Assembly: GCA_041751095.1 (NCBI GenBank)
Contig: JBGSYC010000128.1
Coordinates: 559-64,558 of the forward strand
Direction of reading: 5' to 3'
DNA: 64,000 nt
Source: Flavihumibacter sp.
GTDB lineage: Bacteria; Bacteroidota; Bacteroidia; Chitinophagales; Chitinophagaceae
Numbering within the stretch: position 1 is the first letter of the stretch; each line of letters opens with the position of its first letter. The notes under the pieces are model-generated. The model was not told the origin of the DNA. It saw only the letters and a program-made list of their open reading frames with translations, and did not search any database. Positions 46,713 through 55,649 of the stretch are shown one piece after another. A program made the translations under genes and the position numbers.

Positions 46713-49364
46713 TTATCTCTTTTGTTCAGAAAGAAAGGTGACAAGGGCAGCGAATTCTTCATAAGAGAGCGCATTGGCAAGTCCGGCGGGCATCATAGAT
46801 TTCTCCATTTCCTTTCGGCTTACAATATCTGAAGTTTTGATCGTAAACACCTGACCGGCAATATTTCTCATCACCAGTTTTTCGGCGGATTCTTCAGTAA
46901 TGAATCCCACGTAGGTCTTGTCGCCCTTTGCGGTAATTAACACGGTTGCAAAGCCCTGTGAAATGCTTGCATCAGGCTTAAGGATAGATTCGGCAATCCG
47001 TTCCTTGTTCATGATAGATCCGATCTGTCCCATAAAGGGCCCCTTTAAGGGCTCACCTTTTCTGATGCTGTGGCAGGCCACACAGCCCTGCTGCGTATAA
47101 AGCGCTTTACCTTTTAAGGTGTCTCCCTTGATATTGGCGATGGCAAGCATTATATCTTCAATGGAGGCTTCGCCGATCTGGCCTTTTTTGCTTTTTATTT
47201 TTTCGAAGTCTACCCTGATTTCGTCTGTGGCTGCAACTGCTTCTATTCCTCCAAATTCCGCAATTCCCATATAAAGTCTTTTATTAAGGTCGGCATAGAA
47301 TTGCTTATCCGCCTCATTGGAAGCTGCCCATTCCCGGGTAAGCAATTCTTTGATCATGGGCGAATATACCCAGGTTGCAGTTTTATAATACGGCCCATGC
47401 ACAACCGGCCGGGTGCCCCACCAGGTAGTACCGTCATAGGGTGCTTCCTTTTGGTAGAGACGCGCAAGGGTTGTGAGGATTTGCTTTTTTAATGCGGCAT
47501 CCCCTGCTTTTTTATATGCAGCAATCAGGCCCTCCACAGCTTTTTGATCATGCATATATCGCAACGCCCAAAGGGCAATGGTAGAATTTTCAGTGCCAAT
47601 GGCCGCTACACAGGCATCAACGGCGTTAAGCGCCACTAATGAACGGACCGCAACATGCGCCGGCATGATTGAAGCATTGGGTGTGGCATGAGGGCCTTCG
47701 GCATCTTTAGCCGGCTCTGTAAACGTTGCAGGCACCTTAACCTGTAACAGCGCAGGTACGGCTTCCATGCGGCCGAGTCGGCCGAGGCCAGTTATGGCAG
47801 CAACCTGAACTCTCGGGTCACTGTCGGCAACACCATTTACGAACGGCGCAACAGGAACATTTTCGAGGTTCGGTTTGCGGTCGCTGAGCGCACGTAAAAC
47901 ATAAGCTTTAACATCGTTATCAGAAACCAGCTTAAGGAGATTGCCTATTCCTTTCTCACCTGTTGCCTGGGCATAGGCAAATATTGCGGCAACGCGGGTG
48001 TACAAAGGCAATGATTTGTCTGTGGCAAGCTTCCATGCTGTTTTACGGGCCCCGGGTCTTGTAATCAGTTCTTGCTGCGCATGCAGGCGGGCAACGGCGC
48101 TGCCGGATTTCATCAGCGAAACCAGTTGCTTAACATTAGATTTTTTGAGATCAGGAAAGGCGCTGTATTTCCAATTCTTCGGCACCGCACGCATGGTGTA
48201 CCCCTTTGCAGGGTTGCCTGAATATCCTGCACCATCCCACGCAGCGAGATACATTCTCCCGGAGGCGTCTAAATCAACATCAGTGATCTGCGGCAACTTA
48301 ATAAACTCTTCCTCTTTTTGCGTATAGCTGGCACCGTCAGGGGTTAGCCGGTGAATAAACAGCTGGCTTCTTCCCCAGTCGGCCATCATAGGAACATGGT
48401 TGTATTTATCCGGCCATGTGGCATCATCCATGAACAAGGCGCCGGTACCCGAACCACCACCAAGGTCTGCAAGAGCCGGAATGATTTCATTGGTGAATTG
48501 TTTGAAAAGCAAAGGGTAGCCATATTCGCCCGATTGTACCTGGTGGCTAAAGCGGATGTTCCATCCACCGCCATCATTGGTATTGTCACGGGTAAACATA
48601 TTCATGTACGGGTCAATGGCAACATCGTAAATATTTCGCATGCCATGGGTAAACACCTCCATTTCCGTTCCGTCGGGCCTGACCCTGACGATGCCACCGC
48701 CCTGCATCGTCAGTTTTTTTCCTGAACGGTCAACCGCGTCATGAAATCCGAAGTCTCCCACGGCAATATAGATCCAGCCATCTATGCCCATACGAATGCC
48801 ATTGGTAGCATGATCGGTGCCGCGGCTCTGCAGGAATTGCGGAGAGCTTATATGTTCAATAAGGGGTTTTGAGGGGCCGTCAGCGACGCCATCACGGTCC
48901 CTGTCCTCATAAACCACGAGGTCCATCCCGGTGGCTTTAGCGGTTTCTCTGGAAAAGGTGGTATGGAGCACAAACACCCGGTCGCCGAGAGTCATGATTC
49001 CACGGGGGTTATCAACCCTTGCAAAGGTGGTATGTTTGTCTGGTTCGCCATCATTATCTTTGTCGTAAAGTTTGATGATGCTTCCTTTCCCGGGGGTCTT
49101 GCCCAGGGAGCCGATCATATCCACGCCCACAAACACTTCCCCCGTTGGCGCTACGGCCAGGCAAGCCGGACTGGGGGTAAGATCCGGGCCCGTGAATTTT
49201 GTGACATCAAGTTCGGCCGGCCAATCCGGGGCAATGGCAACCGGAATCGATTCAGGTATGTTCCCTGATGCGCTACCGGACTGAAAAGCATCCGGATCAC
49301 TTTTCACAATATAACCAATAAGCATTATCAGACCGGCAATAAGGCTCAGCGAAATTTTAAACAT
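46713..49364 (-). CDS. PVC-type heme-binding CxxCH protein (membrane-bound-dehydrogenase-like beta-propeller + HEAT repeats + C-terminal cytochrome c domain)
   Basis: C-terminal QQGCVACHS ... MP heme c motif; HEAT-like repeats (DPRVQVAAITGLGRLG); N-terminal anchor; 883 aa. Confidence 0.75.
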   Translation of the reverse strand: MFKISLSLIAGLIMLIGYIVKSDPDAFQSGSASGNIPESIPVAIAPDWPAELDVTKFTGPDLTPSPACLAVAPTGEVFVGVDMIGSLGKTPGKGSIIKLYDKDNDGEPDKHTTFARVDNPRGIMTLGDRVFVLHTTFSRETAKATGMDLVVYEDRDRDGVADGPSKPLIEHISSPQFLQSRGTDHATNGIRMGIDGWIYIAVGDFGFHDAVDRSGKKLTMQGGGIVRVRPDGTEMEVFTHGMRNIYDVAIDPYMNMFTRDNTNDGGGWNIRFSHQVQSGEYGYPLLFKQFTNEIIPALADLGGGSGTGALFMDDATWPDKYNHVPMMADWGRSQLFIHRLTPDGASYTQKEEEFIKLPQITDVDLDASGRMYLAAWDGAGYSGNPAKGYTMRAVPKNWKYSAFPDLKKSNVKQLVSLMKSGSAVARLHAQQELITRPGARKTAWKLATDKSLPLYTRVAAIFAYAQATGEKGIGNLLKLVSDNDVKAYVLRALSDRKPNLENVPVAPFVNGVADSDPRVQVAAITGLGRLGRMEAVPALLQVKVPATFTEPAKDAEGPHATPNASIMPAHVAVRSLVALNAVDACVAAIGTENSTIALWALRYMHDQKAVEGLIAAYKKAGDAALKKQILTTLARLYQKEAPYDGTTWWGTRPVVHGPYYKTATWVYSPMIKELLTREWAASNEADKQFYADLNKRLYMGIAEFGGIEAVAATDEIRVDFEKIKSKKGQIGEASIEDIMLAIANIKGDTLKGKALYTQQGCVACHSIRKGEPLKGPFMGQIGSIMNKERIAESILKPDASISQGFATVLITAKGDKTYVGFITEESAEKLVMRNIAGQVFTIKTSDIVSRKEMEKSMMPAGLANALSYEEFAALVTFLSEQKR

Positions 49365-49603
49365 TGCAATACTTTTTTAAAGGTAGCTTAGCGCGTAATC
49401 CGGATTGATGGATCAGGAGATCCGGCAAATTACTTGTTTAAGGTCGCTGATCAAACAATCGGGATTGTAAGTTAAAGAAATATCTGATAGCTGATTAGCA
49501 AACTGTACGAGGATGTTAGCGGAAAAAAATAATGCAATATTGATCATGGATTTAAAGAGCCGGCTGAGTTGATTGATTTGCAGATATTGATTAATTTCGA
49601 CTG

Positions 49604-49807
49604 ATGGAAAAACACCCATATCGTTTAGAAAGGACAAAGGTTGTTTCATTAACCTTTAATGAAGCGGACGATCATGTACACTATTGGATTGAAAAAACAG
49701 CAGACGAAAGGTTGAATGCCGCCTGTTTTATTATCAACCAGATTTTTGGCGCTACTCCACAAACAAGAGTAGATCGTTCAGTTTCAGATAAGAGAAAACA
49801 GCCCTGA
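49604..49807 (+). CDS. Small hypothetical protein, translationally coupled to the downstream nucleotidyltransferase
   Basis: Its stop overlaps the next start (TGATG at 49805-49809). No recognised domain. Confidence 0.4.
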   Translation: MEKHPYRLERTKVVSLTFNEADDHVHYWIEKTADERLNAACFIINQIFGATPQTRVDRSVSDKRKQP

Positions 49808-50268
49808 TGGCAGATTTATTCAACCAGGATTTTCAGGATTTTATTGAAGCACTAAACAAGGCAGCAGTAGAATATATTGTTGTAGGTGGTTATGCTGTTA
49901 TTCTCCATGGCTATGTCCGCAGCACAGCAGATATGGATATATGGATAAATAAGACATCAGTAAACTATCAAAAGTTAAAAGATGCTTTTTTTGATTTTGG
50001 AGCTCCGGTATTTTCTGCAGAAGAATTCTTAGGTGATCAATTTGACGTATGGGGTATAGGCATTGAACCTAACCGGATAGAAGTGCTGAATAAAGTTAAA
50101 GGGCTTGAATTTTCTGAAGCATATCCCTTTTGTAATACGTTCATACAAAATAGCATCAAGGTTAAATATATTCACCTCAATCATCTTATACAAGCCAAAG
50201 AAGCAGCAGGCAGGTTTAAAGACAAAGCCGATATTGAAGAATTGACGAAAAGAAATTCGAACCTTTAG
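49807..50268 (+). CDS. Minimal nucleotidyltransferase-fold protein (MNT/DUF6036-like)
   Basis: VGGYAVILHGYVRSTADMDIWI fits hGGx13DxD of the pol-beta NTase superfamily. C-terminal AAGRFKDKADIEEL. Confidence 0.6.
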   Translation: MADLFNQDFQDFIEALNKAAVEYIVVGGYAVILHGYVRSTADMDIWINKTSVNYQKLKDAFFDFGAPVFSAEEFLGDQFDVWGIGIEPNRIEVLNKVKGLEFSEAYPFCNTFIQNSIKVKYIHLNHLIQAKEAAGRFKDKADIEELTKRNSNL

Positions 50269-50375
50269 TTCAGGTATGATGTTTTTTTTTGGTCTTCGAA
50301 AGCGTAAGCAGAGCCCAGGACTGAATTTTCAGTAAGGGTAGTTCTGCAAATTGTTTAAAGCAATAAAGCCAAACC

Positions 50376-50699
50376 ATGACTTGCGATCAATTCAGAGAAC
50401 TTGCGCTTTCATTCCAACAAACCATAGCTGCACCGCATTTTGAAAGAACTGCATTTAAAGTAGTGGGGAAAAGAATATTTGCAACGCTGCATGAAGAAAC
50501 TCAAACAGCTAACATAAAATTTTCACCAGCCGATCAATCCGTTTATTGTCTTATTGATAAAGAAGCAATTTATCCGGTTAATAATAAATGGGGTTTGCAG
50601 GGCTGGACAACCTTTCAGCTTGACCGGGTTGACAGCCAGCTTATGCTTGATGCTTTAGATACTGCTTATCATGATGTGTTAAAAACTAAGAAAAAATAG
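50376..50699 (+). CDS. MmcQ/YjbR-family protein
   Basis: APHFERTAFKVVGKRIFATL pattern; 107 aa. Confidence 0.5.
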   Translation: MTCDQFRELALSFQQTIAAPHFERTAFKVVGKRIFATLHEETQTANIKFSPADQSVYCLIDKEAIYPVNNKWGLQGWTTFQLDRVDSQLMLDALDTAYHDVLKTKKK

Positions 50700-50812
50700 C
50701 AGGGAAGGAGAGTGCGCCTATGGTCGCAGCACAAATAGCGTCAAGGCCCTTTACCTGCTATTCAATTTCAAGTACATCATCCCCTTAAGTGAAGATGATG
50801 CAGGATATGAAA

Positions 50813-51304
50813 TTATCCTGCTAACAATTCATCAAGATTCCCGTGAGCCGCGGTGAATCCGGCCTCGAAGCCCATTTCAATGATTTTTTGCATATCCTCT
50901 TCATTGTCGAATGTGATTTCGACTTCAACTCTCGTTCCAGTATCCGTTGGGCTGAATTCATTTCTCCAATGCATACCCGGAATATCGTGTGTAATGTTTC
51001 CGTTCTCATCACAAAACGCGTCGTCAGCCATAAAGCTTTTATGCTGAACAATTGATTTAAAATCTGCCCGGCAAAATGACTCAGTGCCATCAGGTGCTAC
51101 CATGCTGTAGAGCCAGTGGCCACCCTCCCGGAAATCCATCTTTTTTGTTTTTGCCTTATAAGGCTTTGGTGCCCACCACTGATCCAGTACATTGCTCTCC
51201 GTCCAGGCTTTCCATACTTCTTCAGGCGGAGCATCGAATTCCCTGACTACCATAATTCTTTTGTTGGCTGCATCTTTAGAGATGGTTGTTTGTTTGTTGC
51301 TCAT
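50813..51304 (-). CDS. SRPBCC/AHSA1-family protein
   Basis: [26 protein letters not shown] is a typical AHSA1 N-terminus. Overlaps the upstream ArsR gene by 4 nt. Confidence 0.8.
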   Translation of the reverse strand: MSNKQTTISKDAANKRIMVVREFDAPPEEVWKAWTESNVLDQWWAPKPYKAKTKKMDFREGGHWLYSMVAPDGTESFCRADFKSIVQHKSFMADDAFCDENGNITHDIPGMHWRNEFSPTDTGTRVEVEITFDNEEDMQKIIEMGFEAGFTAAHGNLDELLAG

Positions 51305-51621
51305 GGTTTTTTGGTTTTTATATGCTTTAATACATGATCTAACTGGCTAAACCGGTCTTCCCACTTTGCCCGGAAAGGCTCAAGCCATTGATCTACTTCT
51401 TTCATTTTTTTTGGGTTAATGTGATAATAAATTTCCCTTCCGGATTGTTTTTGCTTTACAAGCTGGCACTCCGCCAGAATTTTTATGTGCCTGGAAACTG
51501 CCTGCCGGGTGCTGTCAAAATGCCCGGCAATGGCATTGGGTGTCATTGCCTGCAGGGCCAGCAAGCTGAGAATCGCTCTGCGCGTAGGGTCTGCAATGGC
51601 CTGGAATACGTCTCGCCTCAT
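51301..51621 (-). CDS. ArsR/SmtB-family transcriptional regulator
   Basis: [17 protein letters not shown] and the wHTH region. Confidence 0.85.
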   Translation of the reverse strand: MRRDVFQAIADPTRRAILSLLALQAMTPNAIAGHFDSTRQAVSRHIKILAECQLVKQKQSGREIYYHINPKKMKEVDQWLEPFRAKWEDRFSQLDHVLKHIKTKKP

Positions 51622-51637
51622 TTTTTATGATGTTTTT

Positions 51638-51657
51638 TTGCAACTGGTCGGTTGCAA
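51638..51657. promoter_or_regulatory. Inverted repeat TTGCAAC-n6-GTTGCAA, 17 nt upstream of the ArsR ATG, with a third half-site GGTTGCAAG at 51677-51685; candidate autoregulatory operator
   Basis: Read directly from the sequence. Confidence 0.4.
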
Positions 51658-51987
51658 ATATAACACGAAATCGATTGGTTGCAAGTTTTATTAAATTATT
51701 ACGTTTTGAAAATGCAGTGCCGCAAATGAAGAATAGGAATTCTTACAGTATGTACTAAGTGAAGCTTTTGTTGCGCGTGCCTGCCGATTGGTAAATCGCG
51801 CACTTGTATTGGGGCAATTGCTTCAGCCGGGTTTAAATTATTAATGGTTCAAAATAAAAGTAGCCGTTCCCCACTGAAAAATAATTGATCTCAAATGAAT
51901 TGGCAGCCAGTAAATTAATCATTCCTTTATTCGAAGCTTATTGTCATTAATTACAGAAAATTTCCGATATAATTCATCGTAAAATGT

Positions 51988-52264
51988 TCAAATAGCTCTT
52001 ACCGCTTTAGATACTTTGATTTGAGCATCTTCGATTCTTATTAATAATACACCCCTATGTGGAAGTTGCAGACGGAAACCAATTCTCCAAAGTCTTTATC
52101 TTCAGTTATCAAAATGGCATCGTTGCTCGTAGCAATGAACAAAACTTCGTGATCCTTCAACGATAGCTGTCCTCACAAATCGCATAAACTTCGAAGCCCA
52201 CTTCCCGCAACTCGGTTACAATTCCAAAATCAACACTTTCATCTGCTACAATCTGGAATTTCAT
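51988..52264 (-). pseudogene. DUF5615 (Mut7-C/PIN-like) toxin-type gene with two frameshifts
   Basis: Minus strand has three pieces in three frames: MKFQIVADESVDFGIVTELREVGFEVYAICEDSYR*, then SLKDHEVLFIATSNDAILITEDKDFGELV, then PHRGVLLIRIEDAQIKVSKAVRAI*. Its ATG overlaps the DUF433 stop (TAATG). Confidence 0.6.
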
Positions 52265-52491
52265 TAAAGAACAGATAATGTTTTTTCATGTTTCGCGTTT
52301 TCTGCTGCAAAAAGTAAACAGGCGAGAATGTCATTATTGGTTAACCGGGGATAACCTTGTTTTATTGAATCAGAAGAATAGCCATGGCCTAATTTTTCTA
52401 AAATCAATTCAACCGGTATCCTGGTATTCTTAATCACCATTTTGCCAAACATAATAGAAGGATCCGAAGATATATGGTCTTTCCAATTCAT
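52264..52491 (-). CDS. DUF433-family protein (antitoxin-like partner of DUF5615)
   Basis: DPSIMFGKMVIKNTRIPVELILEKLGHGYSSDSIKQGYPRLTNNDILACL. Confidence 0.75.
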   Translation of the reverse strand: MNWKDHISSDPSIMFGKMVIKNTRIPVELILEKLGHGYSSDSIKQGYPRLTNNDILACLLFAAENAKHEKTLSVL

Positions 52492-52736
52492 AGTACGCTA
52501 TCTGACAAATATACAAAAAAGCGCAAAGTATCCGGCGGGAGCTTCTTCATTGGCTTGTATTGTTGCTTTTGTTCCTGGAAGAGGACAGTAAATTGATCTC
52601 ACAGTACATTCGTTAAATTTGATTTTGCCTGAAATATTCACTTAGCAGGAGCCGGTTTTCTTTGCGCAGTATTGGTTGATTCAGAACAAACACAAGGCTA
52701 TCATAGCTAACCCCTGACCTGCTTTTTTATAAACCC

Positions 52737-53585
52737 TCAAATGCTATCCCTGGCAATAACACTCCAGTCGTCATTACCATGCCCTCTGGAAATCCATTGA
52801 TCCATTGCGGCTGCAATAGCGGGTATTATGGCTAAGTGGGTTCCGGCCTGCTCTGCTGCATGAATCATCAGACCCGCGTCTTTACGCGCCATATTTAATT
52901 CCCAGGATGGCTCATCAAATTTACCTTCTGAAATCTTCTTTAGCCTTGCAGGTATAGTTGCGCCCGGGTTCCAGTTATTAAAAAGATTAAGCACTTCATC
53001 AGCCTTTATGCCATGACCTTTGGCAAGCGCGAGGGCGTCGGAAAGGCCGGCCGTAAGGCTTAGCAAAAACAAATTGCCTGTTAGTTTAATCCCTGCCGCT
53101 TTACCTTCTTCGGCACCAAAGTTTATAACCTTTCCGGTCATTTTCGACAACTCCGGCTCTAACCTGCCAATTACAGACTGATCGCCTGAAACCACCATAA
53201 ACCCACTGCTTTCCAAAGCATTTTGGGGACCCATAAAAACGGGGGCATGCACGTATGTAAATCCTTTGCTTTTCCAGTATGCTATTCTATGGATAGCTCC
53301 TTTAGCGGAAGTTGTAGTATGGTCTATGATTATTGCACCATTTTTAAATCCTTTGCCGGCTGTTTCCAGCACTTCATCCACAGTGGCGTCGTCCCTCAGG
53401 GTAACATGAATGAAATCTGCTTCCTGTACCGCTTCGTCAGCATCGTCGAATGCTTTTGCGCCATACGCTTCCAATGCTTTTGCTTTGGATGCTGTACGGT
53501 TCCAAACCTTTACTGTTTCGCCTTTTTGTAACATTGCCCTGACAAAATTTGATCCTAACAGACCCATCCCTAAAAATGCTTTCAT
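52737..53585 (-). CDS. NAD(P)-dependent beta-hydroxyacid dehydrogenase (HIBADH/6PGDH-NAD-binding family)
   Basis: FLGMGLLGSNFVRAM Rossmann motif; 282 aa. Confidence 0.8.
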   Translation of the reverse strand: MKAFLGMGLLGSNFVRAMLQKGETVKVWNRTASKAKALEAYGAKAFDDADEAVQEADFIHVTLRDDATVDEVLETAGKGFKNGAIIIDHTTTSAKGAIHRIAYWKSKGFTYVHAPVFMGPQNALESSGFMVVSGDQSVIGRLEPELSKMTGKVINFGAEEGKAAGIKLTGNLFLLSLTAGLSDALALAKGHGIKADEVLNLFNNWNPGATIPARLKKISEGKFDEPSWELNMARKDAGLMIHAAEQAGTHLAIIPAIAAAMDQWISRGHGNDDWSVIARDSI

Positions 53586-53764
53586 AATCGTTGTGATTTT
53601 TGTAAAGTTAAGTAGTCCATCACGCCCTGAGAAATCTTCTGCAATACAAGAGATACGATAGCGGAGGCAAACTACAGAGCGGAACAGAGAAGGGAACCAC
53701 GGAGTTAGACCATTAAAAACTCAGTAATTTCAAACGATTTTTATGTGTAATGTCCCGCATGATT

Positions 53765-54793
53765 TTACCCGCCTGTCTTAACCACCACCTTACCTACGGT
53801 TTCACCTTTTTGGAACAACTGAATGGCATGATGCATTTCATCGAAATTATGCACATGTCCGATATGTTGGGGTTTCAATTGTAGTGCCTGCAAGGCATTA
53901 AGCATATCAAGCATCATGTCCGTCTGCTCGTAGAGATAAATAAGGTTAAACCCCATCAGAGACTTATTCTGTGTGGGTAGAAGCAGGGGATCAATTTTAG
54001 GGCGTTTGAAATATTTCCAGAGGAGTGTTGGATAATCAGGCTTATTGCCGTGACTACTAAAACTGGCACTTCCGTATACCACCATCCTGCCCATGGGAGC
54101 CATGGCCTTCCAGCCCTGCATCAGTATTTTACCGCCGATGCATTCCATAACCAGTTGTAACGGACGGTCACCAAGCGCACTGCGGAGCTTTTTATAAAAA
54201 TCATCGTCCCGAACAATGACGTCATCGTAGGCTTCCTCCTTACGCAGAAAGTCTGCTTTTTTAGCCTGGCCTACGGTGCCGATGGTATACCCGTCGAACT
54301 TCTTACAAATCCGGTTGGCCATAATACCAACACCGCCTGCAGCGCTATGAATGAGAACCGTCATTCCTTGCTGCAGGTTACCTAATGCAGTCAGCGCATA
54401 ATACGCAGTAAGCCCCTGTACCAGGAATCCGGCGCCTTCTTCAAAGTTCCAATCCGGAGGGAGGGGGATAATGTAGCGATGATGGATATTAATGTGCGAA
54501 ACATAGCCGCCGAACTTCGTAGCACCCATGACCTTATCACCCACCTTCCATGCTTCCTCGTCGGAACCTACGGCTATAATCTCCCCCGAAAATTCCAGTC
54601 CAGGGATAAATGGGCCTGCAGGTGTGGCACTGTACAATCCCTGCATGGCAAAGATATCCGCAAAATTCAGTCCGATTGCTTTCACTTTCACACATACTTC
54701 GTCAGCCTGCGGATCCCCCAGAGCTTCCGTTACCAGTTTCAGATTTTTAATGGAACCTGCCTTCGGCATGCGATAAACCTGTCGTTCTATCAT
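53765..54793 (-). CDS. Medium-chain dehydrogenase/reductase (quinone oxidoreductase/VAT-1-like)
   Basis: GLNFADI, GDKVMG and AAGGVG cofactor motif; 342 aa. Confidence 0.8.
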   Translation of the reverse strand: MIERQVYRMPKAGSIKNLKLVTEALGDPQADEVCVKVKAIGLNFADIFAMQGLYSATPAGPFIPGLEFSGEIIAVGSDEEAWKVGDKVMGATKFGGYVSHINIHHRYIIPLPPDWNFEEGAGFLVQGLTAYYALTALGNLQQGMTVLIHSAAGGVGIMANRICKKFDGYTIGTVGQAKKADFLRKEEAYDDVIVRDDDFYKKLRSALGDRPLQLVMECIGGKILMQGWKAMAPMGRMVVYGSASFSSHGNKPDYPTLLWKYFKRPKIDPLLLPTQNKSLMGFNLIYLYEQTDMMLDMLNALQALQLKPQHIGHVHNFDEMHHAIQLFQKGETVGKVVVKTGG

Positions 54794-55048
54794 AAGCTAT
54801 ATTAATGTTGCGTCAAATGTATTATGTCGTTCACACTTATAGACACAGAATAAATTCGTGAATTAAGCATTCAAACTTTTGAGCATAAGATAACATCATC
54901 AGTGTTCAGTATAGTGGAAAATTAAACATTCCTGTGCAATATCTTTCAGCAGATATTTGTCGCATTTGGCCCTGTAAATTGTCCGGATTAAGCCTTGTAT
55001 CCGGGCGAAAAATTATGCAACTTTGTTCTGTACCAAAAAGCATAGATC

Positions 55049-55489
55049 ATGGAATTTAAAATACTGATTAACGCTCCAAAGGAAACAGTATGGAATATAC
55101 TTTGGGACAATTCCACCTACCAGGAATGGACCTCTGCTTTCGCTCCAGGGTCAAGGGCGGAAACGGATTGGAAGAAAGGAAGCAAGGTCTTGTTTCTTGA
55201 TGGAAATAATTCGGGTATGGTTTCTTCGATAGCCGAGAATATCCCCAACGAATTTATGTCGATTAAACACCTGGGGAATGTAAAAAATGGCGTTGAAGAT
55301 ATGGACAGCGAAGAAGCCAGGCAATGGGCAGGCTCTTTTGAAAACTATACTCTCCATACTGTAAATGGAGCAACGGAGTTATGTGTCGTTATGGGAGGCG
55401 CAGAAATTCCACAGGAATTCGAAGGCTATTTTAAGGATACCTGGCCCATAGCTTTGGATAAAGTAAGGGAACTGGCCGAGAAAAACTGA
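55049..55489 (+). CDS. SRPBCC-superfamily protein
   Basis: N-terminal INAPKETVWNILWDNSTYQEWT pattern; 146 aa. Confidence 0.65.
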   Translation: MEFKILINAPKETVWNILWDNSTYQEWTSAFAPGSRAETDWKKGSKVLFLDGNNSGMVSSIAENIPNEFMSIKHLGNVKNGVEDMDSEEARQWAGSFENYTLHTVNGATELCVVMGGAEIPQEFEGYFKDTWPIALDKVRELAEKN

Positions 55490-55649
55490 TGCCTTTACTT
55501 GTTGAGCCAATCGCGTTGAGGGAATCTTAATTTTTGTATTCCCGGGCATCGTTATGGGTAATATTTGTGCTTTGCCCTGCCTTCGCTATGCACTACTCAT
55601 TTTTATGGAATGTTAATAGTGTTATTTCATAAGAAGAAAAAGCTATGGT

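Noticed and set aside
983-48725. Many antisense or alternative-frame track ORFs lie inside long genes. Examples: 983-1216, 1086-1340, 3561-3878, 4569-5099, 17774-18298, 23802-24203, 29807-30145, 33727-34395, 38022-38249, 48351-48725.
   Set aside because: Each lies entirely within a longer ORF with strong family motifs on the other strand or frame, so I treated them as shadow ORFs.
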